Shown: positions 10,288 through 19,593 of the stretch, in pieces
Position numbering within the stretch: the stretch's first letter is position 1
Layout: every line of letters begins with the position of its first letter
DNA from: Dehalococcoidia bacterium
Lineage (GTDB): Bacteria > Chloroflexota > Dehalococcoidia > UBA2979
DNA length: 64,000 bases
Assembly: GCA_963667465.2 (NCBI GenBank)
Contig: CAXXDN010000002.1
Span: forward strand, 1,536,001 to 1,600,000
Direction of reading: 5' to 3'
Notes under the pieces: generated by a model
Seen by the model: the letters and a program-made list of their open reading frames with translations, nothing else
What the model was told of the DNA's origin: nothing
Databases searched by the model: none
Made by a program: the position numbers and the translations under genes

Positions 10288-11457
10288 CTACCAGCCGGGC
10301 AGCCCCGACGGCAGGCCGAGGAAGACGCGGCCCGCGCCCTCGTAGTTGCCGGGCGCCGCGGCAGCGTGCTGCACCGCGACGTGCACGTCGCGGAAGTAGC
10401 GTTCGAGGCGGTTGGCGGTGTGGGCGGCGTTCGTGCCCGCAGCCGAGAAGGCGAGATCGACGGCGCGCGCCGACTCGTGGCCCGCGTGCGTGATCGCCAA
10501 CCGGACGTTCGCGATCTCGCGCGTCGGGTTGGCGATGCGCTGCTCCGATGCCTCCCAGGCCTCGGCGACAGCGTCGAGGAGGTAGGCGCGCGCCGAGCGG
10601 ACGATCGCCTCGGCTTCGCCCACCATCCGCTGGACGCGCTCGCGGTCGCGCAGCAGCGTGCGCGATCCGGTGGACCCGCGCCCCGAGGCGAGGTCGCGCA
10701 GCTCGTCGATCGCGCCGCGCGCGATGCCGAGCGCGCAGCCGGCGTGCACGGTGTGGCTCCAGATGCCGTAGAAGCGCGCACGGTAGAGCGGGCTCTCGAT
10801 CGCGGGCGGCTCCAGGCGCGAGACCGTGTGCTCGGCGGGTACGTAGAGGTTGTCGATCTCGAAGTCGAAGCTGCCCGTCCCACGCAGCCCGACGACGTGC
10901 CAGGTGTCGATGATCTCGCCGTCGCACACGGGTACGGCAGCGGCGCGGGTGCGCGGCACGCCGTTCTCGTCGCGCAGCGGCTCGGCGCCGTCCATCAGCA
11001 CGCAGTTGCCGAACATCCAGCTGGAGTGCTCGACGCCGCTCTGGAAGTCCCAGCGCCCGTTGACCCGGTAGCCCGCGCCCTCGCGTTGCGCGCGGCCGAG
11101 GGCGCGGTTGGAGCCGGCCGCCCGCAGCGAGCCGGTCATGGCCTTCATCGCGTGCACGGTCTCCGGGTCCATCCAGGCGAAGCGGCGGCTCAGTACCGAG
11201 CCGATCATGCAGACCCAGCCCGTGGAGCCGTCGGCGCTCGAGATCTCCTCGATGGCGCTCGCGGCGGAGCGAGGGTCGGCCTGGGGGCCGCCGTAGGCCT
11301 CCGGCAGGTAGAGCTGGTAGAGGCCGGCCGCCTCGAGCGTGGCGTCCAGCTCCTCGGGGACGCGGCGGGTCTTCTCGATCTCGTCGGAGGCGGCGCGCAC
11401 GAGTGGCGAGAGTTCGCGCGCGCGCTCGACGATCGGGTGCAGCTCGGGCAGGGTCAT
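10288..11457 (-). CDS. Acyl-CoA dehydrogenase-fold flavin-dependent monooxygenase (HsaA-like)
   Basis: GYRVNGRWDFQSG, DTWHVVGLRGTGS, LERYFRDVH. Confidence 0.85.
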   Translation of the reverse strand: MTLPELHPIVERARELSPLVRAASDEIEKTRRVPEELDATLEAAGLYQLYLPEAYGGPQADPRSAASAIEEISSADGSTGWVCMIGSVLSRRFAWMDPETVHAMKAMTGSLRAAGSNRALGRAQREGAGYRVNGRWDFQSGVEHSSWMFGNCVLMDGAEPLRDENGVPRTRAAAVPVCDGEIIDTWHVVGLRGTGSFDFEIDNLYVPAEHTVSRLEPPAIESPLYRARFYGIWSHTVHAGCALGIARGAIDELRDLASGRGSTGSRTLLRDRERVQRMVGEAEAIVRSARAYLLDAVAEAWEASEQRIANPTREIANVRLAITHAGHESARAVDLAFSAAGTNAAHTANRLERYFRDVHVAVQHAAAAPGNYEGAGRVFLGLPSGLPGW

Positions 11458-11557
11458 GCGGCGTCCCTCCGCCGCGATCATAGCGGCGCGGGGCCCTACT
11501 CGCGGGCGCGCTATCATCGCCGCGTCACGCCGGGTCCGTGCCGAAGGGAGCGTCGCG

Positions 11558-12679
11558 ATGTCCGAAGCCGGAGGATCGAGGCTGTGGGAGGACGTGAACG
11601 AGGGCGATCGCCTGCCCGATCTTGAGCTGCCGATCACCTTCCGGACGGGCATCCTCGCCGTGGTCGGGATGCGCGACTTCAACCCCGTGCACCACTACAC
11701 GGACTACGCGCAGCGCACCAGCGGCAACCGCGACAGCTGGATGAACACGATGTGGCATCAGGGCCTGTTCGCGCGCTTCGCCACGGACTGGCTCGGCCCC
11801 GACAGCGACTTCCGCAGCACCTGGCTGCACATGACCGGCTTCATCCACCCCGGCGACACCGTCACCGTCGAGGGCGAGGTCACCCGCCGCTTCGAGGAGG
11901 ACGGCGAGCCCCGCGTCGAGCTCGCGCTCGCCGCGCGCACGGAGAGCGGCGGCTACGTCGCGCGGGCCGGCGCGGACCTCGCGCTGCCCTCACGGAAGGG
12001 TGGCGCGGTGCGCCTCCGCGAGGGCTTCACGAAGCCCTCGGTAGAGATCGACCCGGAGCTGCCGGAATTCGCGAAGCCCTGGATCGGCCAGCAGACGGAC
12101 CCGCTGTGGGGCGGCTACCCGGTGAGCGAGGCGCAGATCATGTACTGGGCGGACATGGTCGAGGACGCCAACCCGCTCTACTACGACAGCGAGTACGCCC
12201 GCGGCAGCCGCCACGGCGGCGTGATCGCGCCGCTGCCCTCGCTCTTCACCTGGATGATGGGCCGCCCCAGCCACTTCGGAGAGCCGTTCGAGCTGGCGGA
12301 CCCGGACGCGCCGAGCGTGAAGCCGTGGCCGCCCTCGCGCGAGCTGGAGGGCGGACGGGTGCTCGCGAACCGGCTGATCACGACGCTGCTCTCGGGTGAC
12401 TGGCGGCCGCCGGGCACGACGCGCTACGCGGCGCAGCGCGTCCGGCAGGACTACGGCGCACCGCTACGCCCCGGCGATTGGCTCTACACCCGCTCCGAGG
12501 TCGCGAACTGCACCGCGCGCAAGCGCACCCGCCTCGGCGAGGGCCACTTCCTGACGCTGCTGACGTCCTTCTACCGTCACCCGCCGGAGGGCGAGGACGA
12601 GCTGATCGGCGCGAGCCAGTACGCCTTCTTCTTCTACGAGGCGGAGCAGGGCATCGGCACCCCGGCGGCGCGCCCTTAG
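11558..12679 (+). CDS. MaoC-like double hotdog dehydratase
   Basis: RDFNPVHH, IHPGDTVTVEGEV; second domain VEDANPLYYDSEYA...GGVIAP. Confidence 0.8.
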   Translation: MSEAGGSRLWEDVNEGDRLPDLELPITFRTGILAVVGMRDFNPVHHYTDYAQRTSGNRDSWMNTMWHQGLFARFATDWLGPDSDFRSTWLHMTGFIHPGDTVTVEGEVTRRFEEDGEPRVELALAARTESGGYVARAGADLALPSRKGGAVRLREGFTKPSVEIDPELPEFAKPWIGQQTDPLWGGYPVSEAQIMYWADMVEDANPLYYDSEYARGSRHGGVIAPLPSLFTWMMGRPSHFGEPFELADPDAPSVKPWPPSRELEGGRVLANRLITTLLSGDWRPPGTTRYAAQRVRQDYGAPLRPGDWLYTRSEVANCTARKRTRLGEGHFLTLLTSFYRHPPEGEDELIGASQYAFFFYEAEQGIGTPAARP

Positions 12680-12759
12680 GGGGCTCAGCGCGGGGGCTCA
12701 GCGCGCCTGCTGCCGCTGCGCGGCGGGCAGGAATTGCCGTGCAGCGGCGGCGTGCGTTC

Positions 12760-13770
12760 CTATTCGACGATGAACTCGACTCTCATGCCTTCCAGGTAGT
12801 GGCTTTCCCACTCGCCCTCTTCGAGTTCGACGATGTTGCAGATCAGCAAGTACCTGCCCGGTGTCAGGTTGAACACAATAGACGCCGAACTCGCGGGCAG
12901 GAACGGCTCAATCTCACCCACCACATCGATGGCGTCTTCAGGGACGAACCCGGTGTCGTCCGTCGGCAACCCGTCGACCGGGAGGTCCGAGCGAATCACC
13001 ACGAACTCGTGCGGGTCTACCGGTCCCAGGTTGTCCACGAGGAAGTAGATGTCCCCCGCGGCAACGCTGGCCACGGACGACGTGACCGCCCACTCGGAGA
13101 GGAAGACGCGGACCTCGGTCGACCCCTCGGGCTGCGGTTCGACGACGCCCTCCACGGCGCTCTCGGCCTCGGAGGCCTCGGAGGCGGCGGACTCCGGCTC
13201 CTCAACGATGAACTCGGCCCGCATGCCCTCGAGGTAGTGGCTCTCCCACTCGCCCTCTTCGAGCTCGACGATGTTGCAGATCAGGATGTAGCGGCCTGGC
13301 GTCAGGTTGAACACCCCGGACGCCGAAGTCGCCGGCGTGAACGGTTCGATCTCACCGACCAGGTCGATCTGGTCCTCGGGCACGAACCCGGTGTCGTCCG
13401 TCGGCAACTGGTCGATCGGGAGATCCGAACGGACTATCACGAACTCGTGCGGGTCTACCGGTCCCAGGTTGTCCACGAGGAAGTAGACGTCCCCCGCGTC
13501 AACGCTGGCGACGGCCGGCGTGACCGCCCATTCGGAGAGGGAGACGCGAACCTCCCTGGCCCCCTCGGGCCTTGGTTCAACGACGCCCGCCGTGGCTTCC
13601 TCCGCCTCGGACGCCTCGACCGGCGCGGCAGTCGCCGGCGCGGCGGTGGCCACCGGGGCCGGCTCGTCGTCGTCGCCACAGGCTGAGAGCAGGAGCGCGA
13701 GCGCCGCCACTGCTGCCAGTAAGGCGAACATCCTGCGGCGGTTCAGGATCGATTCCATTACGAGAGTCAT
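12760..13770 (-). CDS. Lipoprotein with two tandem cupredoxin (type-1 copper) domains
   Basis: Lipobox LSAC; two copies of HEF...CNI...SHYLEGM, 438 nt apart. Confidence 0.8.
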   Translation of the reverse strand: MTLVMESILNRRRMFALLAAVAALALLLSACGDDDEPAPVATAAPATAAPVEASEAEEATAGVVEPRPEGAREVRVSLSEWAVTPAVASVDAGDVYFLVDNLGPVDPHEFVIVRSDLPIDQLPTDDTGFVPEDQIDLVGEIEPFTPATSASGVFNLTPGRYILICNIVELEEGEWESHYLEGMRAEFIVEEPESAASEASEAESAVEGVVEPQPEGSTEVRVFLSEWAVTSSVASVAAGDIYFLVDNLGPVDPHEFVVIRSDLPVDGLPTDDTGFVPEDAIDVVGEIEPFLPASSASIVFNLTPGRYLLICNIVELEEGEWESHYLEGMRVEFIVE

Positions 13771-13929
13771 ACCCCCCCCATCCAGACCAGAGTGCGAAAG
13801 TGAGGGGCCACCTTAGACTGTCGGCGTGCATAGGGGAACCCCATACATCCCGCTGAGGCCCCGCTACCTGATGGCTCCTCGAAGTTGGGCAGGAGCTCAC
13901 GCAGGCCGACACTGCCACGCGCTTCGCCG

Positions 13930-14925
13930 CTACTGCGCGCCGATCGCGGCGACGAGGGCGGCGCGCACCTCCTCGAGCGAGGCGACGCCCTCGAACCTGG
14001 CGATGATGACGCCGCCCGGGGCGGCGATGAAGACCCACGGCTCGGTCTGGAGCTGCCAGTCCCGGAGCAGCGGGATCGGGACGAGGCGGCCCGTCGTGCG
14101 CACCGCCTCGAGGATGAACGGTTCGATGTGCACGAACTGCACCTCGTCGCCGAACTCCTCCCAGAGCGGGACGACGACCGCCTCCATCAGCGGGCCGCAG
14201 AAGCGGCTCTGGCAGTACGCCGGCGTCGCGATCGCGACGAGCACCGGCTTCCCGGTCGCGACCGCCTCGGGCACGGTCAGCTCGTTCATCTCGATGACCG
14301 GCCTGACCATGCTACTGACCAGCGTGATGTCCGCGCCGTGGCGCAGCGTCAGGTGCGGGCTCTCCGGCAGCGGGTCGCCCACCTGCGGCTCGGGCGTGCG
14401 CTCCAGCACGTTGAACGGCTGCACGAGCAGGCCACGATAGCGCTCGCCCTCGATCTCGACGTCCAGCGAGGCGGCCCAGTCGCCCGTGCGGTCGAACTCG
14501 ACGGTCGCGTAGAAGACGGCGGCGAATGCGTCGTCGTGGACGTGCGTCGAGCCGTCCGCGTGCTCGTGGTCGAGTTGCTGGCTGAACGCGGCGCGATCCA
14601 GGTCATAGCTCGTAACGAAGGAACCCTGCCGGGACTCGTCGAGCCGGTAGAGCCGCACGCTGCCGCTCGCCTCGAGGATCAGCGAGGCGTCGGATCGGAA
14701 GAACCCGAAGGCGAGGCGGTTGGGGCCGACGCCCAGCGCCGAGTTGAGTACGACGGGTTGCACCTCCGGGTCGAACGCCTCGCCCACGGCGCGCGCGGAG
14801 AAGTCGAGCGACTGCGGCGGGGCGTCCTCGCCCGATCCGCAGGCCGCTGCGAGCGCGGCGAGGATCGCAACGCCGACGGCCGCGACGGCGGCCCTGGCGG
14901 ACGGTAGCCGTGGGCTGCGTCTCAT
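13930..14925 (-). CDS. Lipoprotein with C-terminal thioredoxin-like domain
   Basis: Lipobox LAAAC; ATPAYCQSRFCGP, QFVHIEP, TEPWVF. Confidence 0.75.
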   Translation of the reverse strand: MRRSPRLPSARAAVAAVGVAILAALAAACGSGEDAPPQSLDFSARAVGEAFDPEVQPVVLNSALGVGPNRLAFGFFRSDASLILEASGSVRLYRLDESRQGSFVTSYDLDRAAFSQQLDHEHADGSTHVHDDAFAAVFYATVEFDRTGDWAASLDVEIEGERYRGLLVQPFNVLERTPEPQVGDPLPESPHLTLRHGADITLVSSMVRPVIEMNELTVPEAVATGKPVLVAIATPAYCQSRFCGPLMEAVVVPLWEEFGDEVQFVHIEPFILEAVRTTGRLVPIPLLRDWQLQTEPWVFIAAPGGVIIARFEGVASLEEVRAALVAAIGAQ

Positions 14926-15058
14926 TGTTGTCACCTGCGGTCCCGGGCGCCTTGCCGGTCCTCGAACCACGGTCGCACGACGCCGATCATACGACGAGCC
15001 GCTGCATCCGTAGTCCCCTCCCTTGCGGATTGCTTGGCTGCGCTCGCAGAATCAGTGC

Positions 15059-15155
15059 GGGAGTGGATGGTGTCCGGTGGCGCCCGCGGTCTTCAAAACC
15101 GTTGTGGGGCTACGTGGTAGTCCCGGGTGGGTTCGACTCCCACGCACTCCCGCCA
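15059..15155 (+). tRNA. selC: tRNA-Sec (anticodon TCA at 15093-15095)
   Basis: Extended acceptor stem GGGAGTG/CACTCCC, 6-bp D stem GGTGTC/GGCGCC, CT-TCA-AA loop, long variable arm, GGTTCGACTCC, encoded GCCA end. Confidence 0.95.
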
Positions 15156-15632
15156 TCCGGCGCCGCCCCCGGACGCGCCCCCGCTACGGCACCGTGACCC
15201 TCGCCAATGCCTCGATCGCCTTCCCGCCGCGCGCGTAGGCGGTCGCCGCCGTGGGTGAACACGATCGCGCCGCCCTCGGTCGCCGCGGCCCGCGGACGGC
15301 CGAGGTCGGCAGCCAGGTCGTGCGCCGCCTGCGAGGCGCGCTGCTGGGCCGCGACGCCGCGGTGCAGGGCGCCGAAGCAGGTCAGCGACGCTGACCCTTC
15401 GACTCGGCCCTGTGAGGCGTCGTGGTCTCCGTAGGGGTGCCCGTGCGGCGGGACGACGCCGCCGGCCACGAGGTGACCGTGATCCGGGTGGTAGGCGGCG
15501 AGCTCGTCGCCGATCAGCGGCGCCGTCCGGCACAGCGCGAGCGCGCCCTCGCGGGCCGCGAGGGCTAGACTCCGCCGAGCGGTGCGGGCCTGCCCGGCCA
15601 CTCGCCCGGCTCTCGAAGGTGACGGACCGGCC

Positions 15633-17114
15633 TTGCGCGTTCCCCGAGGCCCCGGCAGCTCCCTGAGGCCGCACGCGCCCGGCTCCGGCGACAACTACAA
15701 GTGGTGGGCCTTCAGCGCGATCGGGATCTCCTTCTTCACGCAGGTGATGAGCATCTCGATGGTCTTCGTCGCGCTCGCCGCGATCGCCGACGACTTCGGG
15801 GTCACGCTGCGCGAGGTCTCCTGGGTCGTGATCGCGCAGGCGCTGACGATCAGCGCGCTGATGATGCCGCTGGGGCGGCTCGCCGACATCGTCGGCCGGA
15901 GGCGCGTCCACCTGCTGGGATTGCTGGTGTATGGCGGCGGCGCGATCGCCACCGTGTTCGCGCCGACGTTCGGCGCCTTGATCGCCGCGCGCGTGCTGAT
16001 GGCCACCGGTAACTCGATGGGGCAGTCGGTCGGCACCGCGATGGTGGTCTCGGTGTTCCCGCCGGAAGAGCGCGGCAAGGCGATCGGCGCGCAGACGACC
16101 GCGGTCGCGATCGGCGGCGCATCGGGGCCGATCGTGGGCGGCCTCGTGCTCCAGTGGCTGCCCTGGGAGGCGCTGTTCGTACTGGTGCTGATCCCGACGA
16201 GCATCGCGCTCGTCTGGGGCTACCTGATCCTCGACGACGCGCGCATGAACCAGCCGCGCGACGAGCGCGCGCCGTTCGACTACGCCGGCGCGCTGCTCTC
16301 CGCGGCGGCGATTGCGCTGCTGGTGCTGACGATCAACAACCCGCTCAATCTTGGCTGGACGTCACTGCCGATGCTCGCCAGCCTCGCCGCCGTGGTGCTG
16401 CTGTTCGTGGCGTTCGCGCGCCACGAGCTGCGCACCAAGGCGCCGATGCTGGAGCTGCGGCTGTTCGAGAACCCCGTGTTCAGCATGGCCGTGCTCGCGC
16501 GCCTCGGCGGTTTCATGTCGATGACCATCTCGCGCTTCCTGATCCCGATCTACCTGATCAGCGTGCGGGAGCTGGAAGAGGCCGCCGCCGGAGGGTTAAT
16601 CTTCCTCACCTCGCTCGGCATGGGCATCGCCGCCCAGGGCTCGGGGCGGCTCTCAGACCGCTTCGGCACGCGCCCCTTCGCGATCCTGGGCTTCGGGATC
16701 TTGCTGCTCGTCACCCTGCCGATGGCGCTCTTCGACGGCGGCACGCCGATCCTCATCGTGGCGCTGCTGCTGCTCGGGACCGGTCTCGGGATGGGAACCT
16801 GGAACGTGCCCAACAACAGCGCGATCATGGGTTCCGTCGCCGCCTCGCGCCTCGGCGTCGTCGGCGCGCTGACCAACCTCACGAGGAACGCCGGCAACGT
16901 CCTCGGACAGGCGATCGCCGCCGGCGTCGTCGCCGCGATCATGGCCGCCGGTGGCTTCGACATCCCGCTCAGCGAGATCGCGGAGACTCCTGGCGCCGCC
17001 GCCTCCTTCATCGACGGCTGGCGCGCCGCCTACGCCCTCGCCGTCGCGTTCGCGATCGTGAGCCTGGTGCTCGCCGTACGCACGAGGCCTGCGTTTGATC
17101 GCGCCCTGCGCTAG
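15633..17114 (+). CDS. MFS transporter, DHA2/EmrB-like (start approximate)
   Basis: GRLADIVGRRR, FPPEERGKAIG, GRLSDRFGTR, PNNSAIM. Confidence 0.9.
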   Translation: MRVPRGPGSSLRPHAPGSGDNYKWWAFSAIGISFFTQVMSISMVFVALAAIADDFGVTLREVSWVVIAQALTISALMMPLGRLADIVGRRRVHLLGLLVYGGGAIATVFAPTFGALIAARVLMATGNSMGQSVGTAMVVSVFPPEERGKAIGAQTTAVAIGGASGPIVGGLVLQWLPWEALFVLVLIPTSIALVWGYLILDDARMNQPRDERAPFDYAGALLSAAAIALLVLTINNPLNLGWTSLPMLASLAAVVLLFVAFARHELRTKAPMLELRLFENPVFSMAVLARLGGFMSMTISRFLIPIYLISVRELEEAAAGGLIFLTSLGMGIAAQGSGRLSDRFGTRPFAILGFGILLLVTLPMALFDGGTPILIVALLLLGTGLGMGTWNVPNNSAIMGSVAASRLGVVGALTNLTRNAGNVLGQAIAAGVVAAIMAAGGFDIPLSEIAETPGAAASFIDGWRAAYALAVAFAIVSLVLAVRTRPAFDRALR

Positions 17115-17211
17115 CAGCGGTCGGGGCCGCCGCGGCCCAGCGCGAGCGCGGTGTTTGGCAGAATGCGGGCAGGCCACGCCCCGAGGTGGCCGGATTGTGG
17201 GGAGGATGCCG

Positions 17212-18492
17212 ATGGACGCAGGAGCACTGGCGGGAATCCGCGTGCTGGAGTTCTCGCAGATCGTGGCCGGACCATACCTCGGCTGCATCCTCTCCGACCT
17301 CGGCGCCGAGGTGGTGAAGGTGGAGCGGCCGGGCGGCGACTTCCACCGCAACTGGGGCGCGGTCGTCCCCCACGAGGGCAAGCGCTTCCAGTCGCTCAAC
17401 CGCGGCAAGCGCAGCATCGTCATCGACATCGGCGAGCCGCGGGGCCGCGAGCTGATCCGCGAGCTCGTGAGCGGCTTCGACGTGGTGACCAACAATTTCC
17501 GCGCCAATATCGCCGAGCGCCTCGGCATCGACTTCGAGACGCTGCGCGAGGCGCGGCCGGACCTGATCTACTGCCAGATCAGCGGCTGGGGCACGACCGG
17601 ACCGATGCGCGACCTCGGCGCGAACGACCCCGTGATCTGCGCCTACTCCGGGCTCACCGTCGGCGACGGCAAGGTGTCCCCGGAGGGGGTGCCGCAAACC
17701 GTCTCCTGCTCGGTGATCGCGGACCATGGAGCCGGCCTCGCCGCCGCCGTCGGCATCGTCTCCGCCCTCTACCACCGCGAGCGCACGGGCGAGGGCCAGC
17801 GCATCGACACGGCGCTGCTGCAGGCCGCGCTCTCGATCCAGCCGACGCAGGTGATGCGCGAGCCCGTCGAGGACGCGACGTTCCGCGACCCGATGGTGGA
17901 GCGCATCCGCGAGGCGCGCGCCGCCGGCAAGCCGTACCCCGCCGTCCTGGAGGCGCGGCGCAACTCGCGACGCTCGGAGGCGGCCTGGCGCGGCTTCTCG
18001 CGCGCCTTCGCCACCAGCGACGGCGTCATCCAGCTCGGTGCGATCACCCCGCGCATCCGCGACACCGTGCGGCGCATCGCCGGCATCGAGGGCGATCGCA
18101 GCGACGACCCGGACTTCGACGTCGACGACCCCGCCAGCGCGGCATTCAACGACTACCGCGAGCAGACGATCGCCGCCTACCTCGCGGCGCGCAGCACGGC
18201 GGAACTGATCGAGGAGTTCAGCGCGGCCGGCGTGCCGATCGCGCCCGTCCAGGCGCCGGAGGAGCTCTCCGACGACCCACAGGTGCAGGCGGCCGGATTC
18301 ATGGCGCACCTCGATCACCCGTTGACCGGACCGCAGCAGGTGATGGGGCCGGTGCTGGACATGAGCGGCACGCCGACCCGCGTGCAGGGGCCCGCGCCAA
18401 TCCTCGGGGCGGACAGCGACGAGGTGCTGGCGGAGGCCGGCCTGACGCCCGCCGCGATCGAGTCGCTGCGCGCCGGCGGCGTGATCGAGTAG
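17212..18492 (+). CDS. CoA-transferase family III (CaiB/BaiF)
   Basis: LAGIRVLEFSQIVAGP, LGAEVVKVERP, LNRGKRS. Confidence 0.93.
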   Translation: MDAGALAGIRVLEFSQIVAGPYLGCILSDLGAEVVKVERPGGDFHRNWGAVVPHEGKRFQSLNRGKRSIVIDIGEPRGRELIRELVSGFDVVTNNFRANIAERLGIDFETLREARPDLIYCQISGWGTTGPMRDLGANDPVICAYSGLTVGDGKVSPEGVPQTVSCSVIADHGAGLAAAVGIVSALYHRERTGEGQRIDTALLQAALSIQPTQVMREPVEDATFRDPMVERIREARAAGKPYPAVLEARRNSRRSEAAWRGFSRAFATSDGVIQLGAITPRIRDTVRRIAGIEGDRSDDPDFDVDDPASAAFNDYREQTIAAYLAARSTAELIEEFSAAGVPIAPVQAPEELSDDPQVQAAGFMAHLDHPLTGPQQVMGPVLDMSGTPTRVQGPAPILGADSDEVLAEAGLTPAAIESLRAGGVIE

Positions 18493-18505
18493 CGGGAGCG
18501 GCACG

Positions 18506-19303
18506 ATGAGCGAGCAGGACATCGCGTACGAGCTGCGCGACCGCATCGCCTGGATCACGATCAACCGCCCGGAGCGGCGCAACGCGCTGACCCGGCGCAA
18601 CATGAGTATCGACCTCCCGGACACCTGGCTGCGCTTCGAGGCCGACGAGGAGGCGCGCATCGCGATCATCAGCGGCGCCGGCGAGTTCGCCTTCTGCGCC
18701 GGGATGGACGTGAAGGAGCGCGCCGGGGCCTTCGCGCGCAGCGCCGACGGCGGGGCCTCCGAGCAGACCCGCGAGACGCGTGTCTCGCCGCGCGCGAATG
18801 GCGTCACGAAGCCAGTGATCGGCGCCGTCAACGGCGTCTGCACCGGCGTCGGCATGCAGATCGTCGCCGACTGCGACCTGCTGATCGCCTCGGAGAACGC
18901 CTGGTTCAGCGACGCGCGCACGAGCGTTGGCCTGGTGCCGGCGCTGGGCGCGGCGGAGCTGGCGCGGGCGATGCCGCTGCACGAGGCGCTGCGCCTGATC
19001 TTCCTCGGACGCCACGGGCGGATGACGGCGGAGCGCGCCTACCAGGTCGGCTTCGTCGGCGAGCTGGTCCCGCCCGGCGAGCTGCGCGAGGCGGCCGGGC
19101 AGCTGGCGCGCACGGTGCTGCGCAACGCGCCGCACGCCGTGCGGCTGGCGAAGCAGGCGGTCTGGGAGAGCCTCGACCGCGGCCTCGCCGACGGCATGGC
19201 AAACGCCCGCGCGATCTCCGCGGCCAACCCGACGATCGAGGACGTGCGCGAGGGCGCGCGCTCCTTCGTCGAGCGCCGCGATCCGGACTGGAAGCTGCGC
19301 TGA
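18506..19303 (+). CDS. Enoyl-CoA hydratase/isomerase family protein
   Basis: ITINRPERRNAL, FCAGMD, KPVIGAVNG. Confidence 0.92.
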   Translation: MSEQDIAYELRDRIAWITINRPERRNALTRRNMSIDLPDTWLRFEADEEARIAIISGAGEFAFCAGMDVKERAGAFARSADGGASEQTRETRVSPRANGVTKPVIGAVNGVCTGVGMQIVADCDLLIASENAWFSDARTSVGLVPALGAAELARAMPLHEALRLIFLGRHGRMTAERAYQVGFVGELVPPGELREAAGQLARTVLRNAPHAVRLAKQAVWESLDRGLADGMANARAISAANPTIEDVREGARSFVERRDPDWKLR

Positions 19304-19306
19304 GGG

Positions 19307-19585
19307 CTACGCAGCCGGGGCGGCCTCGCGGCGGGCGGTGGCGAGCGCATCCGCTTCGTCCCAGCCGGTGGCCGGGTCGATCGGCTCCGGGATCTCGTAG
19401 CCGTGCTCGAGCTGGAACTCGATCCAGAGGCTCATCGCCTCGCTGAGGCTGCGGTTCGCCTCGTCGGGCGTGTCACCCCCGCTGAAGCACCCTTCGAGTT
19501 CGAGCACGCGCGCGGACCAGCAGCCATTCTCGTCCGACTCGAGGATGCGGGCGTACGGCCGCTGCATGTAGTCGTCGACGTTCAT
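19307..19585 (-). CDS. Short HicB-like antitoxin (N-terminal domain only)
   Basis: MNVDDYMQRPY...ELEGCFSGGDTPDEA...EAMSLWIE...IPEP. Confidence 0.8.
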   Translation of the reverse strand: MNVDDYMQRPYARILESDENGCWSARVLELEGCFSGGDTPDEANRSLSEAMSLWIEFQLEHGYEIPEPIDPATGWDEADALATARREAAPAA

Positions 19586-19593
19586 GTCAGCAC

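Noticed and set aside
7765-11625. 1286-aa plus-strand ORF and similar long ORFs (33295-36726, 24611-26545, 28460-30208)
   Set aside because: Antisense or off-frame shadows of well-supported genes; Arg/Ala/Gly-rich with no motifs, expected at this GC content
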